DNA of 62,071 bases, filler included, from 17 parts of 17 records of this genome joined end to end with filler, not necessarily neighbours in it, one strand, 5' to 3'. Counted from the first letter of the whole stretch, positions 35,297 through 47,725 are shown. Notes: a model not told the origin generated them from the letters alone. Numbers and translations: made by a program.

Positions 35297-36519
35297 TCAG
35301 CTGTCCAGGACAACTGAGCAATCGTGCAGGCAGACAGAGCGGTCGTCCGACACCGAAGCGAGGCGGGTGCCGGTCTCGTTGTAGGCTACGCCCCACACCT
35401 GATCGCTGTGTGCGTCGCTTGTGTGGATGTCCTCCCGCTTCTTCAGATCCCAGAACTTCACCGTCCCATCGCTTGAGGCCGAGGCGAACATGTTTGCGGT
35501 CGGCGAGTGCGCGAGCCCTAGCACCCAGGAGGAGTGGCCGCCTAGGCTCGCAACCAAGCTGGACGACTTGATGTCGTGCAGGTGGATGTGCTTGTCATCC
35601 GAGCCAGTGAGCAGGCTCGATGAGTCCGGGCTGAATGCGAGCGCTCGCACCGCCATGTTGTGCCCCTCGAGCTTGCAGACTGGCTTCGTCGTGCTCACAT
35701 CGAACACTGTGACGGCTCCGTCCGCATCGCCCGTGGCCAGCAGGTGGCCGTCCGGACTGTAGGCCACACTCATCGAGAACTTGCCGTGTGGGTCCAGCGT
35801 CCCCGCCTTGGTTCCGCTATCCACCGACCACAGGTTGACTGCGCCTGACTGGCTGCCGGAGGCGATCAGCCGCGCTTTCGGCGACCAGGCGAGCGTCCAG
35901 CACTCCACCGGCCCGCAGTCGATCTGCTTCTGGACCTCGCCGCTCGCTATATCCCAGATCCGAATGTGGCTGTCGAGCGAGCTGGACGCGACGAGCTTGC
36001 CGTCCGGATCGGCGCTCACCGAGATGACCCCCAGCTGGTGCCCCGAGCACGTCTTCACCTGCCCGACACAGCGACCCGATCGGCTATGAGCACGCTGAGC
36101 CCTTCAGTAGCAGCTGGAGATCGCTCCTAAACGGCGAAATGAAGGGCAGCCTCGCCACACTGACCCGAAAAGGGAGCCGGGTGGACAAAACAAAACAAAG
36201 AGGTCTAGACACGACGCCGACTGGCACGATCGACTCAGCGCACTGCCCTGCGTGTGTGAATGGCTGCGTGTGCCTGTCTGCCTGTCTCTCTGCCCGTGCG
36301 TGTCTCTGCGTGCCTGTCCCTGACACACAGAGAGGCAGGCAGACAGGCAGGCTGGCCCTGTTGTCTGTCAGACATACGCACCGGCTCCAGGTTGTCCCCC
36401 TGCCATGTCTTGACCGTATTATCCACCGAGGCGGTCACCACCGTGTTCGTCGTGTTCGTCCAGGCCACAGCCCAGATCCCATCCCCATGCGCCCCGTCCT
36501 GCCGCTGGACGGTCTTCAT
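35297..36519 (-). CDS. WDR61: WD repeat protein 61 (SKI8), 1 intron
   Basis: AHGDGIWAVAW, GHQLGVISV, SSSLDSHIRIWD, GPVECWTLAWSP, GHSSWVL and HSDQVWGVAY. Intron 36059-36381. Confidence 0.93.
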
Positions 36520-36576
36520 CCCCAGTCAATAGTATTAGGGGAGATCAAAGTGGGGCGACCACTCCCCCAGTCAATA
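36520..36576. repeat. ~45-bp tandem repeat (CCCCAGTCAATAGTA...GGCGACCACTC) abutting the WDR61 start codon and running off the contig
   Basis: Units at 36523 and 36568 match 20385/20427. Confidence 0.75.
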
Positions 36577-36676
36577 NNNNNNNNNNNNNNNNNNNNNNNN
36601 NNNNNNNNNNNNNNNNNNNNTTAATTAATTAANNNNNNNNNNNNNNNNNNNNNNNNNNNNNNNNNNNNNNNNNNNN

Positions 36677-39600
36677 CTCCGGCTCCGGCTCCGGCTCCGG
36701 CTCCGTGCCTGCTCCTGGCCCTGACAGCAGCAGTAGCAGTTGCTCCAGCTCCTGCAGGTCCGGTGCTGCGTCAGTACTTTCGACAGCTGGCGGCAGTGGC
36801 GGTGGCGGTGGCCACCGGGGCGGCGACTCGTCTGGTGGTAGAGGAGGCACCTCATCAGGTGGTGGCGGCGGTGCTGCTGCTGCTCCACCTGGTGGCGGCG
36901 GCGGTTGTGGGGCTGGTCTGTCTGCTTCCACGTTGACCACAGGTGCTGGCGCGGGTCGCAGCCACACTCCAGCACCCGGGTGATTATCCAGCTCGTCGAG
37001 CTGTCGCTGCAGCTCACGTGCAAACTCAAGGTCATCACGCTCCTGCTGCGACAAGTCGCCATCACGCTCGCCGGCATCGCCGCCGTTAGCGGCAAGTGCT
37101 GCTGCCGCCCTTGCTGCGGCACGCTCCTGCGCAGCATCTTGGTGCTTGCGTAACTCGGTGGCAATGATGGGTGAGATGGCGCGCGCGAAGATCGACACAC
37201 CGAACACTACCAGCCACCAGCCTAACGCCTCGATGGCATCCGGCGCATCCTCCCTGCCTCGATGGATGTTAAACACCAGCAGCACAAGTCCGAGCACAAA
37301 GCTTACGGTCTGGGCAAGCGAAGCGAGGTGCGATTTGCGCAGTCTCAGTGCATTGTGCTCTCCGCGGAACTCAATGACCTGCAAACGCTCGAAGCGCGAC
37401 TCACCGGTCCATTCGATGACCCGCTCCGTGGCACGGACCGCGAAGCTAGCATATCCAACCTCCACCGATATGATTGCGAGTGACGTGATAAGACTGTTGT
37501 GCAGGGCGCCGTTCCATAAGAACAGCGGCCAGCCGCAAGTGCCCATCGTTCTTCCCCACCAGCTCACGTCTGCTCTGTCGTAGAGCTTCAAGTAGGCAGC
37601 CATCAGGCCACCCAACAAGCCTAGCACGACTACTTCCCAGAAGACAATACGTGTCCACTCTGATTCCCTTTCTGGATCAACGGAGTGGCGGAAGACCCAC
37701 AGCAACCAGCCGGACACGACGGCGCCAAGTACTGTCAGCGTCCTGCTAAGGTGCCACTCCAGGCCGATGATCTGCAAGCGATTGTTCGGAGCATGCTGGC
37801 TGGCCACTGCGATTATGCCAGTCCAGCTGAGCCCAATAGTTGGTGGCACAAGCACATAGAAATACCAGTAGGCAGGATCGGCAATATCAGAGCCGACCAA
37901 CAACGGCCAGCCAACCGTATCAACAAGGATCACGAGAGTTACAGGGATGCGCCAGTACCAGCCGCTGCGCCAGACGTGTCGCCAGCTCGCAACGATGTCC
38001 ACAGCCAGCATGCAGATTGTCAAGAACAAAGTGACGCCGATCACCCAGAAAAGCGCGACGCAAGGCCACGTGCAAGTGTACGTGACCAACGGCTGCACCG
38101 AAACCTCCGCGCTGCTATCCTCACCGTCGTCCACCGTCACACGGAACGCAACTACCAGCGCAAGGTACACTGCAAACCCTGCGACAAACGACACACCGAG
38201 AACTGTCTCGGACGGCTCCCGATGCACAGCGACGAGCTTAGTCACGAACACATTGACCCAAAAACCCCAGCACCACATCGTGCCCAGCCCACCAGCACAG
38301 AAAGGAGCCAGTACGTACGCCACAAACCATGAAGACGTAGCCCAGTCCTCGGCGTTAAACAGAGCTGGCCAGTACGCAATGGCGGGACAAGCCACGAGGA
38401 ACGCCGAAATGAGAAAGCAGTCATTTGCCATCTCCGTCCGAATGCTGTCTAGGTCGATCGCCACGGCGACAGCAAATACGGACGTCGCCAACACAAACTC
38501 TGTTGCGGGCAAATATCGCAATGTTGCACACGCCCAGTTGCACTCGACCCCAGGTACTGAAGTCGACTCCAAACTCGCCAGGTTGAGCAGTGGCTCACAC
38601 GGACTTGACTGGTTGCCGGTCGTCCTCGTCTGATTTGTCGAATGCTGATGGGTGCAGTTTGGCATGACGTCTGCAAGGGACGGGGCAACGCGGCAACTTT
38701 CTCCAGTCGTGTTCGTCCAGTTGATCAACGGCTCGTGCAAACCACCTTGGGTTGTGACGTTGCGCCCACCACCACAGCAGCAGCACGCATCCATTGTGCT
38801 TGAACTCAACCCCATGGACGAGCCCGACAACCTAGAGTTTGAACTGTGATCGTACCACTCCAGCGTCGCGGACCGTGTGCAATCATCCCACTCACAGATT
38901 TCCTGGCAGCCGTTGAGGACTGTAAAGAATCCCTGATGCGCTGCACGCATTGAGCCGAAGCCCTTTGGCGTATCGCAGCAGCCCTCGAAGGTTGCATGTG
39001 TTGCCGGGTTGGTCGTGGGGACCACCTGCGCAGCGACGATCAGCGCTGCAAAAACCGCTGTGACGAAGGGCGGGCAAAATGCTCTCTGCCGATTGCGCAA
39101 ACGCTCTCGTCGTGCAGCAGCTTCCGCCTCTCGGCGAAGATCTGCCCAGTGCCTCTCCATCCGCTGCTGCGCAGCGTCATCATCCACGATTGCAACGTCA
39201 TTGATCAAACTGTCACCATCGACACCTGCGGTCAGGTTTGCGCCGAACAGCGGAAACGAAGCCGTCTCTAGCTCTCCCCAACGGATACTTCTGCCTTGAG
39301 TCGGCACGTCTGAGAGCAGCTTCGGATGTTCGTCCCGAAGCTTGCCCCAAAGATCCGAGTCCGCCTCTTCCTTAACCTTGCGAACCAAGTAGGCTTGCCG
39401 TCTGCGCAGGAATTCTTTCTGCGCCCCAAATGCAGCTGACTCACCTTCCAGCGCAAAACCACCCCACCCGTCCATCTGTTCCAAAAAGCAGCTGCGCTGA
39501 TCGCAGCCACCCTCGCCCCGTGGGCACTGGCCGGGCTCACGCCCACACTCCTTGCCACAGAGGAAACACCAGTGCGAGCCGCACGGGCAGCTGTCCATAT

Positions 39601-40077
39601 GCACACATGCATCGTCCTTGACAGCGCGCACTCCGCAGCGGGGACACTGTATCGAGCCACCACGATCCAATGCGTCAACTACTCGCAACCGCAGCTGGGC
39701 TAGTGCCACCTCTTCTGGGTCGCTCATCTCATCCTCTTTCTGCTTCGCGAGCTCACGCCGTGCCGAGTTGGCGGCTGAATCCTCAAGGAGCGCAAGTCGT
39801 ACCTGAGCTGTTTCGAACACAATCGCCGGGCAAAATCCACGGCCAAGCAGCTCTGTTTCTCTGCTCCAGCCACGTTCAGCTTCTACATCCACCCCAGTAA
39901 GACTGTGAATTACACTGTCGGCCCGCTGCTCGCGCCAAAATTGCGGGCTCCGGTTCCGCGGATCTAGGAGTATCCGCTCGATTGTCGACATATCGATGGC
40001 ACCACAGTGGCAGTCCATCAAGGTCGGCGTTGAGGCCAGGTCTCGGCGCGGCGGCGGCGGCGGCGGCGGCGGCAGTG
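36677..40077 (-). CDS. RBR-type (RING2/Rcat) E3 ubiquitin ligase-like protein with many transmembrane helices and a Pro-rich/EP-repeat tail, partial at both ends
   Basis: CPRCGVRAVKDDACVHMDSCPCGSHWCFLC (39557-39646). More than 10 hydrophobic segments. UIM-like DDLEFARELQRQL, then poly-Pro and (EP)n. Confidence 0.72.
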
Positions 40078-40177
40078 NNNNNNNNNNNNNNNNNNNNNNN
40101 NNNNNNNNNNNNNNNNNNNNNTTAATTAATTAANNNNNNNNNNNNNNNNNNNNNNNNNNNNNNNNNNNNNNNNNNNN

Positions 40178-40469
40178 GTGGGTGGCATTTCTATTGTACG
40201 GGGTAGGTTTTGGTGGTGTCGGGGCGATGCTCTCTCTCATCGTCATTGACACATTCGGGACAAAACACTTTGGAAAAATCCAGGGAATGATCCAGCTAGG
40301 GGTAGCTTTCCCGAGCATCACGGCGCCGATTTTGGGCGGCTACGTCTACGACACGACCGGGAACTACCACATCCATTTTGCCATCACCATCCCGATCTTT
40401 ACGACGAGCATGGTGCTGCTCGCGTCCGGTAGACCAGCAGTGAGAACAGTAGAAACAAAACAGCCCTAG
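40178..40469 (+). CDS. 3' end of an MFS transporter (MCT/OFA-like)
   Basis: LYGVGFGG...DTFGTKHFGKIQG...APILGGYVYDTTGNY. Confidence 0.8.
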
Positions 40470-40834
40470 TATCCTAGTATCCCTCTGAAGCGGGGTAGTG
40501 GTGGTGGCGGCGGCGTGTGTGTGTGCAAACGGGCCATCAGACATGCATGGGTAGCGTGAATCGGCAAACGCGACCCATGTTTTGTCTTATACCAGTCAGC
40601 AGGCACGATGGACACGATGAGTGTGCCATTTTATCTTCTTCCGGTGGAATGGCCCGAGCGTGAGGGAGCTGAGCTCCACAATCGTCACTTCCACATAAGC
40701 CAGCCCAGCAGGCAACCTGCAGCACGAATACGTACAGTCTTAGACCAATAATGATTCGAACCCATACAGAACGAGAGCACATTGAGATTGACCTACAGCT
40801 TGGCAGTCACACGGATGTTTTCGCCTTTGCCGAC

Positions 40835-43800
40835 CTATGAGCGGAGTGGCTCGAGTATCGCCTTAGCCCATCCAATGATTGTATCGTCGGAAGGCGTAAC
40901 GTGGACCGTGGTACTCGGGTCTGCACCGGCCGCCTGAAAAGCTGCTTCGGAAAAAAGTTTCCCAACACGGGGAGGCCCCTTATCACCCATGCCCGTTTTG
41001 CCACACTCCACCGACATTCGGCCGTCTGGATTGTAGATTTTGTTGCCAGACAGCTGTCCGATATTTGTGATATTTCTCACCGCCTTGGGGTCACAGTACA
41101 CGAGGTTGTAGGCCGTCAGGTTGCGGCTAGACTGGACACAGATGTTGTTGACGAATGCATCGCTGAACTGCGGGCCTGTGTACTGTGCGTCGACGCTGAG
41201 ACACAGCCCCTCCTTGTACACCTTTGCATACGGAATCACGGCACCTGAGCGCAATTTGGAGTGGCCTCCGAAATTGCTCTTGCTTCCTCCATACACCTCA
41301 AAGTTCTGCGTAATGTTGTAAAAGCTACTGCCGTCATCGTTATCGATCGCGAGAGAAGCGCCATAATTCCCAATGAAGAAATTGCGAGAAATGACGTTGT
41401 AGCCAGGGTTGAGATCAGGTTGTGGTGCCTTCTGACCTACGTCAGTAAGAAACGGTTGGCGGTCCTATTTAAGCACAGGTGCCATTGCGTTTCAGCGGCA
41501 CATTTACACGCAGGTCAAGATCTTCTCGGACATGGCGGGTCAGCAACAACACGATAACAACACTGTAAGAACACTGCAGTTTGGCTTACCCAGCTGTTGA
41601 ATACAGCGTGGTCGGACGACTCTCTGCAGGTGTTGAATCCTAAATTTTCCGTGACGGTGCTGCCTCCACCGAATCCGTCGTTGAACAAGATCCCCGCTCT
41701 CGGCATGTTGCTGCGGTTGGTCACCATTAACCGTGATCCTTCTCAAAACAATCACAGCAACGAGACCAGATGCGGGCTAAAGCCGGGCAAGATAGAGTCA
41801 GGCATAATCATCAGCTTACAAGAAAATGTTGCGCTTGATTGTGTTCTGGCAGCTCTTGGCTTGAAACCAAAAGCTGCTCTGTTTCTCGAAGTGGCCTGGA
41901 GAATAATAATGGCATTCGGATGTCAATTGCATCAGCGCCCACTATTCGCAAACTTGGCATGCAATTTACACGTCCAGTCTAGGCATCGGTGCGCACGTGG
42001 AAGACACTATGCGTTGGCACGTACCTAATTCGTGGACAAAGTTCTCGGATGCTACCGTGCCACGTGGCTGCTCACCAGTGGTGCCATCGATCCCGGAGCG
42101 GTACTGTGCTAGGATCTCATCTTTCGCCGGACCACCTAACGGGGCAGTATATCCCCAGCTTGCCAGCACGCTGTCGCCTATCCACGCAAACTCATTGCGC
42201 GAGATGCTTGTGTTGCGGTTGTAGCCACTCAGCATAATGGCATTGCCATCTACGCGTGTGACCACACAGTTTAGGATTGCAACACGATGCGTTCCCTCTA
42301 GGTAGATTGCTCCTAGCCGCTGCAGACTCCAGTCGCCTCCTGTAAGTTGCATCGTTCCATGTTGCAGCTTAGATGCTTTGATTTCGAAACATTGAGCATA
42401 TCCAAATCTCTCTAAGAGGGACTTAGACAGCATAGTGGGCATACTGACAGGTCTGAGCTCACCCGAAGGCAAATGATCAGGTGTGGCGAAGGTTGCAAGT
42501 AAGCGTCGGACCTGATGGAACGCCGTGATCTTCCATATAAGTGTAGGCAGAGTCTTTGAAGACGATGCCCTCAAAATTAACATCTTCGACAGGTCTGTCT
42601 TTTGTACCTGTAAGTTTCACAAGTGTGTGGTTGACGACGGCCTCAAAATTGCCGACTGGTGGCCCGAGATGCGCAGTTGTTGCTGAGTCAGTGGTAGCCA
42701 GCGTACGGTTTGGGATGTAGTAGAGTAGCTGCGTCTCCTCGTCATACCAGTACTCGTTGGGTGAATCGAGTTCCTCGAATACATTTTCAACAAAAAATTC
42801 CGCCCCAACCCGGTTGCCTCTCGCGCCTTGAAAACCACCTTTTGTCCAGCCGACCGTCTTGGTCGTCGAATTCCATTGGTCTATCTCGAACATCCAGTTT
42901 GCCCAATGGTTCGGGCGCCAAGCAGTGAGAATACCGCCCCTCGTCGGGTCCTTCCATCGCTTAAACTTGCTATAGGTTAGCCCACTCGGGAAGGACTGAA
43001 AACAACCGCCAAAGCACCCTCCACTCGGAGCAGCCCCACACCAGTAGGACACGGGTGGAGAATAGCGCTCACAATGTCCACCGACTCCAACCATGAAGTT
43101 TTGGAACATGGTCTTGTCGTGAAGACTCGGGCTGGCGACAGTCACGTGTGTCTCGTTGCGTGCTGGCGGAACAGGCGGTGTCCAACGGGCACTATTGTCG
43201 GCAATCCATCCATCTGGGAAAATTGAGCGCTCTGGGTTGCGATTAGGAAACGAAGCACGCACCCCTCGAGCACCATTAATGCGGAGCCCGGGAATAGAAT
43301 GTAGGTGCTGTTTACTCAGGTCTGCCACCCAGATATCGCTAGACGCCGAGGCAGCTTGCTCCGGGTAGGCGGGGCGACGGTAAGGTTTCCAGTCAGTGGT
43401 GAGTGTGATAGCTCCACTCATAGCTGCGAGCTCTCCTGGATAGTTGACGAATGCCAGCTGGCTGTCCTCGGGGCCGAGCTCCAGCCCGGGGCTGTAGTGC
43501 GTCCCTTCGCGCAGCACTATCATTGCCGGCCGCCTTGACATGGCATGGCGACGAGCAACGCGCACAGCCATCAATGCCTCGTGTACGGTGCTGAATGGAG
43601 CGCTTTGGTCACCCAACGCTGGAGGCTTGCTTCGTTGGCCAGTGCGTGATGAAGCATCAACAACAAAGGCCCTCAGCGCGGCCTCGTCGAGCCGCCGGTG
43701 CGTATGCGCGCGAGGTGTCGGCTGGAACCGCGTGGTCTCAAAAGTCTGATTGCACAGCGTAGTCAGCTGGAGAGAATCGTACACTGCCCTCATTTTCCCG

Positions 43801-44012
43801 CCCCCGCGCCATCCTTGTAGTTTCTGCGCGAACTCGTAGGCGTACTCACGGACCTTGCAGTCGAAACTCGTGCCCGTGTGCGGCGACGCTCGCAGTTGTG
43901 ACAACTGCTGCTCCGTCATCAGCTCGGGCGGCAGCGAGCCCATCTGGGTGGCGGCGGACGAAGCGTGCGCCACAACCACCAGCAGTGCGAATGCACGGAT
44001 GGCCTCGCCCAT
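40835..44012 (-). CDS. Secreted right-handed parallel beta-helix protein (GH141-like), ~4 introns
   Basis: Signal MGEAIRAFALLVVVAHA. IVLREGTH, HWANWMFE, GGFQGARG, FFVENVFEELDSPNEYWYD, GGDWSLQR, GNAIMLSGYNR, PRAGILFNDGFGGG and IDNDDGSS. Exon boundaries are approximate. Confidence 0.78.
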
Positions 44013-44774
44013 TTGCGATGCGTCCCGGCCTGCGTATCGCGATACGCGTATGCCCGCGGGCGACGGATCCTGCATGCGCGCGCGGATCGCGCCGCGCGCC
44101 GGCGGCGCGCGGCCCTGCATGCATGCTTATGCGATGCTACGCGGAGCTACGCGCGCTGCTAGCGCTGCGCCGTGCGCGCGGCCGCATCGCATCGCATCGT
44201 ATCGCAGCCTGCGGATTACGGATTGCGATTACGGATTACGATTTATTACAAGTACACGTGGTANNNNNNNNNNNNNNNNNNNNNNNNNNNNNNNNNNNNN
44301 NNNNNNNTTAATTAATTAANNNNNNNNNNNNNNNNNNNNNNNNNNNNNNNNNNNNNNNNNNNNTTTCGAACCAAAACCTGACCCCCTGGTGCGCTCGCGC
44401 ATGCATGCATGATGGATGATGGGCGCGATCGCCGCGCGGGACGCGCGCGCCGGTACGATACGTATACGCATCCTATCGCGCGCGCAGGCAGTCCGAGCGT
44501 CTTCCGCCCGGTTCCGCTTGCGTGGACCCCCCACCCCCCAGGCCCAGTGGCAGTGCGGGGTGCTTTCAATCGCAAAGCGAACGACGAACGTCGGTTTGAG
44601 ATGCGATGCTGAGTAGGCCGAGCTTGGGATCTACCGTATGATGTACCATGCATGCATGGAGCTCTGCTACTCCGCGCGCCGCTCAGCCTGCTGTGTGCTG
44701 ATCGATCTCTAGCAGAGCGGTCACACTGGCACGGGCTGTGGCAGTGTGACTACAGCCGTAATAGCTGTAGTCGG

Positions 44775-46133
44775 ATGATGCCACTCCTACGTTCATCCCT
44801 GCAGCTGTCACTGTCAGGCCGCCACCACATAGGCCGTCGCCACGGTCGCCGTGCTGGTATTCATGTGGCTCTGCTACTCGCGCTGCTGCTACTTGCGCTG
44901 CTGCGCTCCAGGCTGCAGCGATGGCGCAGGACGGTGCGAGCTGCGGTGCAGACGTCAGAGCCCTCCCCGATAGCGGAGCTACCCGAGGAGATCGTTGCAA
45001 GGATACTCGTGGGGTACCCCTCTGAGAACTTGCTAGAGCACCTCGCTATCTGCGGACAGGTCTGCATGGAATGGTGGCGGCTCGTCGAGGGCCACCCAGC
45101 TTACGGAAGAGGCATGTGGAAGCGCGATGAGGCGATGCGTCAGATCAGCCGTGCACTGATGCTCGGTGGGCCGCGCAACTTGCGACAGCGCTTGGTGCTT
45201 CCTATTATTGGTGGCGATGAGGCTGGATGCGCACTGGGTGAACTACTGGAAGCGATGCCGGCTCCCCTCTGCTACACCGAGTTCGAGATGCGGGGACCAC
45301 TGCGTTCGACTCACATGTGCCCAGAGCTTACTGCCAAGGGCATGCGATCCATTGCCAGGGGCATACAAAGTGGGCTGTGCTGTGAAGGCGGGGCGCTGTG
45401 GAAGCTGGATGTGGATAACAATCGCGGCCTTGGCTCGGCTGGGATCGCTGTGCTGGCAGCAGCTCTGCCTCCGACTCTGGCTGTGCTTGGCATCGCGCGC
45501 ACTGGCTGCGGCGACGATGGAATGATTGCGTTGGCGGACGCACTGCCCAGGACTTGCATCGAAGCACTTGACTGTGGCTGGAACCCAATGGTGCGCAGTG
45601 TGGGGTGGTCTACTTTGTTCAACGCATTGGAGCGACTCCCACACCTGCGCACGTTGTGGATCTCGGATTGCGGGGCGGGCCTTGGCGACGCTGGTGCTCA
45701 AGCTCTTGCAACTTGCCTTCCTGTTGCTGCTGGCGGTCTCCTAGAAGAGTTGACGGTGGGTGCGTGCGACATCGGCGACGCTGGGGCGATGGCATTGGCG
45801 GCAGTGTTGCCATCGTGCATTCAGCTGAAGCGCTTGGAACTCTGCCGCCGCGCTCGACGTAGACGAGTAAGGCAACGCATAGCACAGCCTTTTCACGGAT
45901 TGTATGTGCCTCTAATGTGCCGATACGCGTCCGTTTTTTCGTAGGGCTTTCGTGAGGTCAACCATTTGAGGCTACGGTCTTGCTTCTCGCCTGCTGTGGA
46001 GATTGCCTTGGAGCATGCGGCTGCGGAGTGCCCATCACTCGAGCCGCTACGATTGCAAGACGAATACGATGCAAGAGAGGCCGACTGGGGGCGCATTAGA
46101 AATGTAACAGTACCACCTCGCCAGAATGACTGA
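44775..46133 (+). CDS. F-box-like + RNI-type leucine-rich repeat protein
   Basis: IAELPEEIVARIL...VCMEWWRL followed by LRRs (LGSAGIAVLA, CGDDGMIALA, IGDAGAMALA). Probable intron at 45867-45944. Start is uncertain. Confidence 0.7.
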
Positions 46134-46398
46134 TAGCAACTGCAATGTGTCCTAAGAAGCTATTCAATGAATGTTCAGCACAAGCATGCTCCACACAGTT
46201 GATGGCATTAGTTTTGCTCCCATTGATTTGGTCGGCCCCAAGCTACCGGAGCCTCGCCACCAACTTCGGAAAAGCTTACAGTAAACGTGCTGACGACCAG
46301 ACGCAACAAGAGTTTTGATCCGATGTGGCACGTGTCATGTCCGTAAAGGCACCGAGCCGTCGAGCATGGTGGTGGAAATCGTCGCACCAAGGTAGGCG

Positions 46399-47625
46399 TC
46401 ACCGTCCTGCGGCGCCTAGCTGACCCGAAGCCTGCAAAAAGCGGACAAACCGATGTACTTCCTGCTGGTGGTAGCCATACTGACAAGTTTCGTCCAGTGG
46501 AATTCGTTGGCCTGGTAGGCCATCGATATACTGTGAGAGTAGAGGAAACATTGGATTCTGTTCTGACAGGTGCCTCAATTCAGCCTGCCAAACGGCGTGT
46601 GGAACTGCGTGAATATGCCGGCCGTAAAGAGCAGCGCTGCTGCAGACGCGACTCATGAAGTCGGAAACCAACACTTTCACTGCTTTCAGCTCTAGCGCTG
46701 CTGCAGCCTGCGTGCCATCTCCACTTCTCGGGAAACTTAGCTGAACTATAGCCGCAGCACAATCTTCCACCGGAAAGAGCACAAAGCTTGCTCCTTTCTG
46801 TGAATAATGAATGCCAAGTTGCACAGTTCCGGCCACGTATCTCATTACTCTGTCTTCCACGTTGGCTGCCCCAGTGCGTCGATCCGGCCCGACAAATCCA
46901 AGCTGCAGCACTGCGCCATCTAGTCCTCGTCTGATGGCGTTTCCGATCATGTGCTCTGCCACCCTCTTGCTCTGTGCATACCCACTGCTAGAAGCACGGG
47001 CTCGAGCAGATATGGTTGATATCTGAACAAACCGCGTTCGTGGACCAATGGAGGCCAGGCGCAACAGCGTCCTAACTGAATCCACATTTGAAGGCTTCAA
47101 CGTCTGGTAATGTGCAATATGGTGCACCCAGCAGCCCACGTTCAGTATTACTGAAGTGGACCGCGCGAGTTCGTTAAAGTCTGCCTCTTGAAGCCCAAGC
47201 AGTGGCATAGATAGGTCTCCAGCCTGACACCGAACGCCATGGCCTTTTTCTACTCTTTTTGCAGCGTCATCATATCCACGGCATCGCAACGTGTCCAGAA
47301 TACGCCGCAAAGCGCCCTCATCATTCTCTGCGCGAACAAGGCAGCAGACAGGTTGGTGGTGGCAACCTTGTTCCGCCAACAAAGTCTCGAGTACCGCAGC
47401 GCCAACATGCCCGGTCCCACCAGTGAGCAACACTCCACCCTCACCCTCTGTTTGATCAAATCTCCAGTTTTCGGCTATGGTTGCCTCGCGGTCTATCCAC
47501 TGGTCGTCCCAGTCGGTAGGGTTGAGTGTTTCCAATGTTTGCTGGCCGCGAACACACCCCACAAGTTGACTTAGTGGTAGGTCATGGAGTAGTGCGACTG
47601 CAGGCACATTGACACCGAACGAGTC
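46399..47625 (-). CDS. C-terminal part of an NRPS/PKS/CAR-like enzyme: end of carrier domain plus thioester reductase (R) domain, 5'-partial
   Basis: VLLTGGTGHVG, CLVRA, GDLSMPLLGL, YQTLKPSNV and GYAQSKRVAE. Upstream FGVNVPAVALLHDLPLSQL resembles a carrier-protein tail. Confidence 0.8.
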   Translation of the reverse strand, partial: DSFGVNVPAVALLHDLPLSQLVGCVRGQQTLETLNPTDWDDQWIDREATIAENWRFDQTEGEGGVLLTGGTGHVGAAVLETLLAEQGCHHQPVCCLVRAENDEGALRRILDTLRCRGYDDAAKRVEKGHGVRCQAGDLSMPLLGLQEADFNELARSTSVILNVGCWVHHIAHYQTLKPSNVDSVRTLLRLASIGPRTRFVQISTISARARASSSGYAQSKRVAEHMIGNAIRRGLDGAVLQLGFVGPDRRTGAANVEDRVMRYVAGTVQLGIHYSQKGASFVLFPVEDCAAAIVQLSFPRSGDGTQAAAALELKAVKVLVSDFMSRVCSSAALYGRHIHAVPHAVWQAELRHLSEQNPMFPLLSQYIDGLPGQRIPLDETCQYGYHQQEVHRFVRFLQASGQLGAAGR

Positions 47626-47725
47626 NNNNNNNNNNNNNNNNNNNNNNNNNNNNNNNNNNNNNNNNNNNNTTAATTAATTAANNNNNNNNNNNNNNNNNNN
47701 NNNNNNNNNNNNNNNNNNNNNNNNN

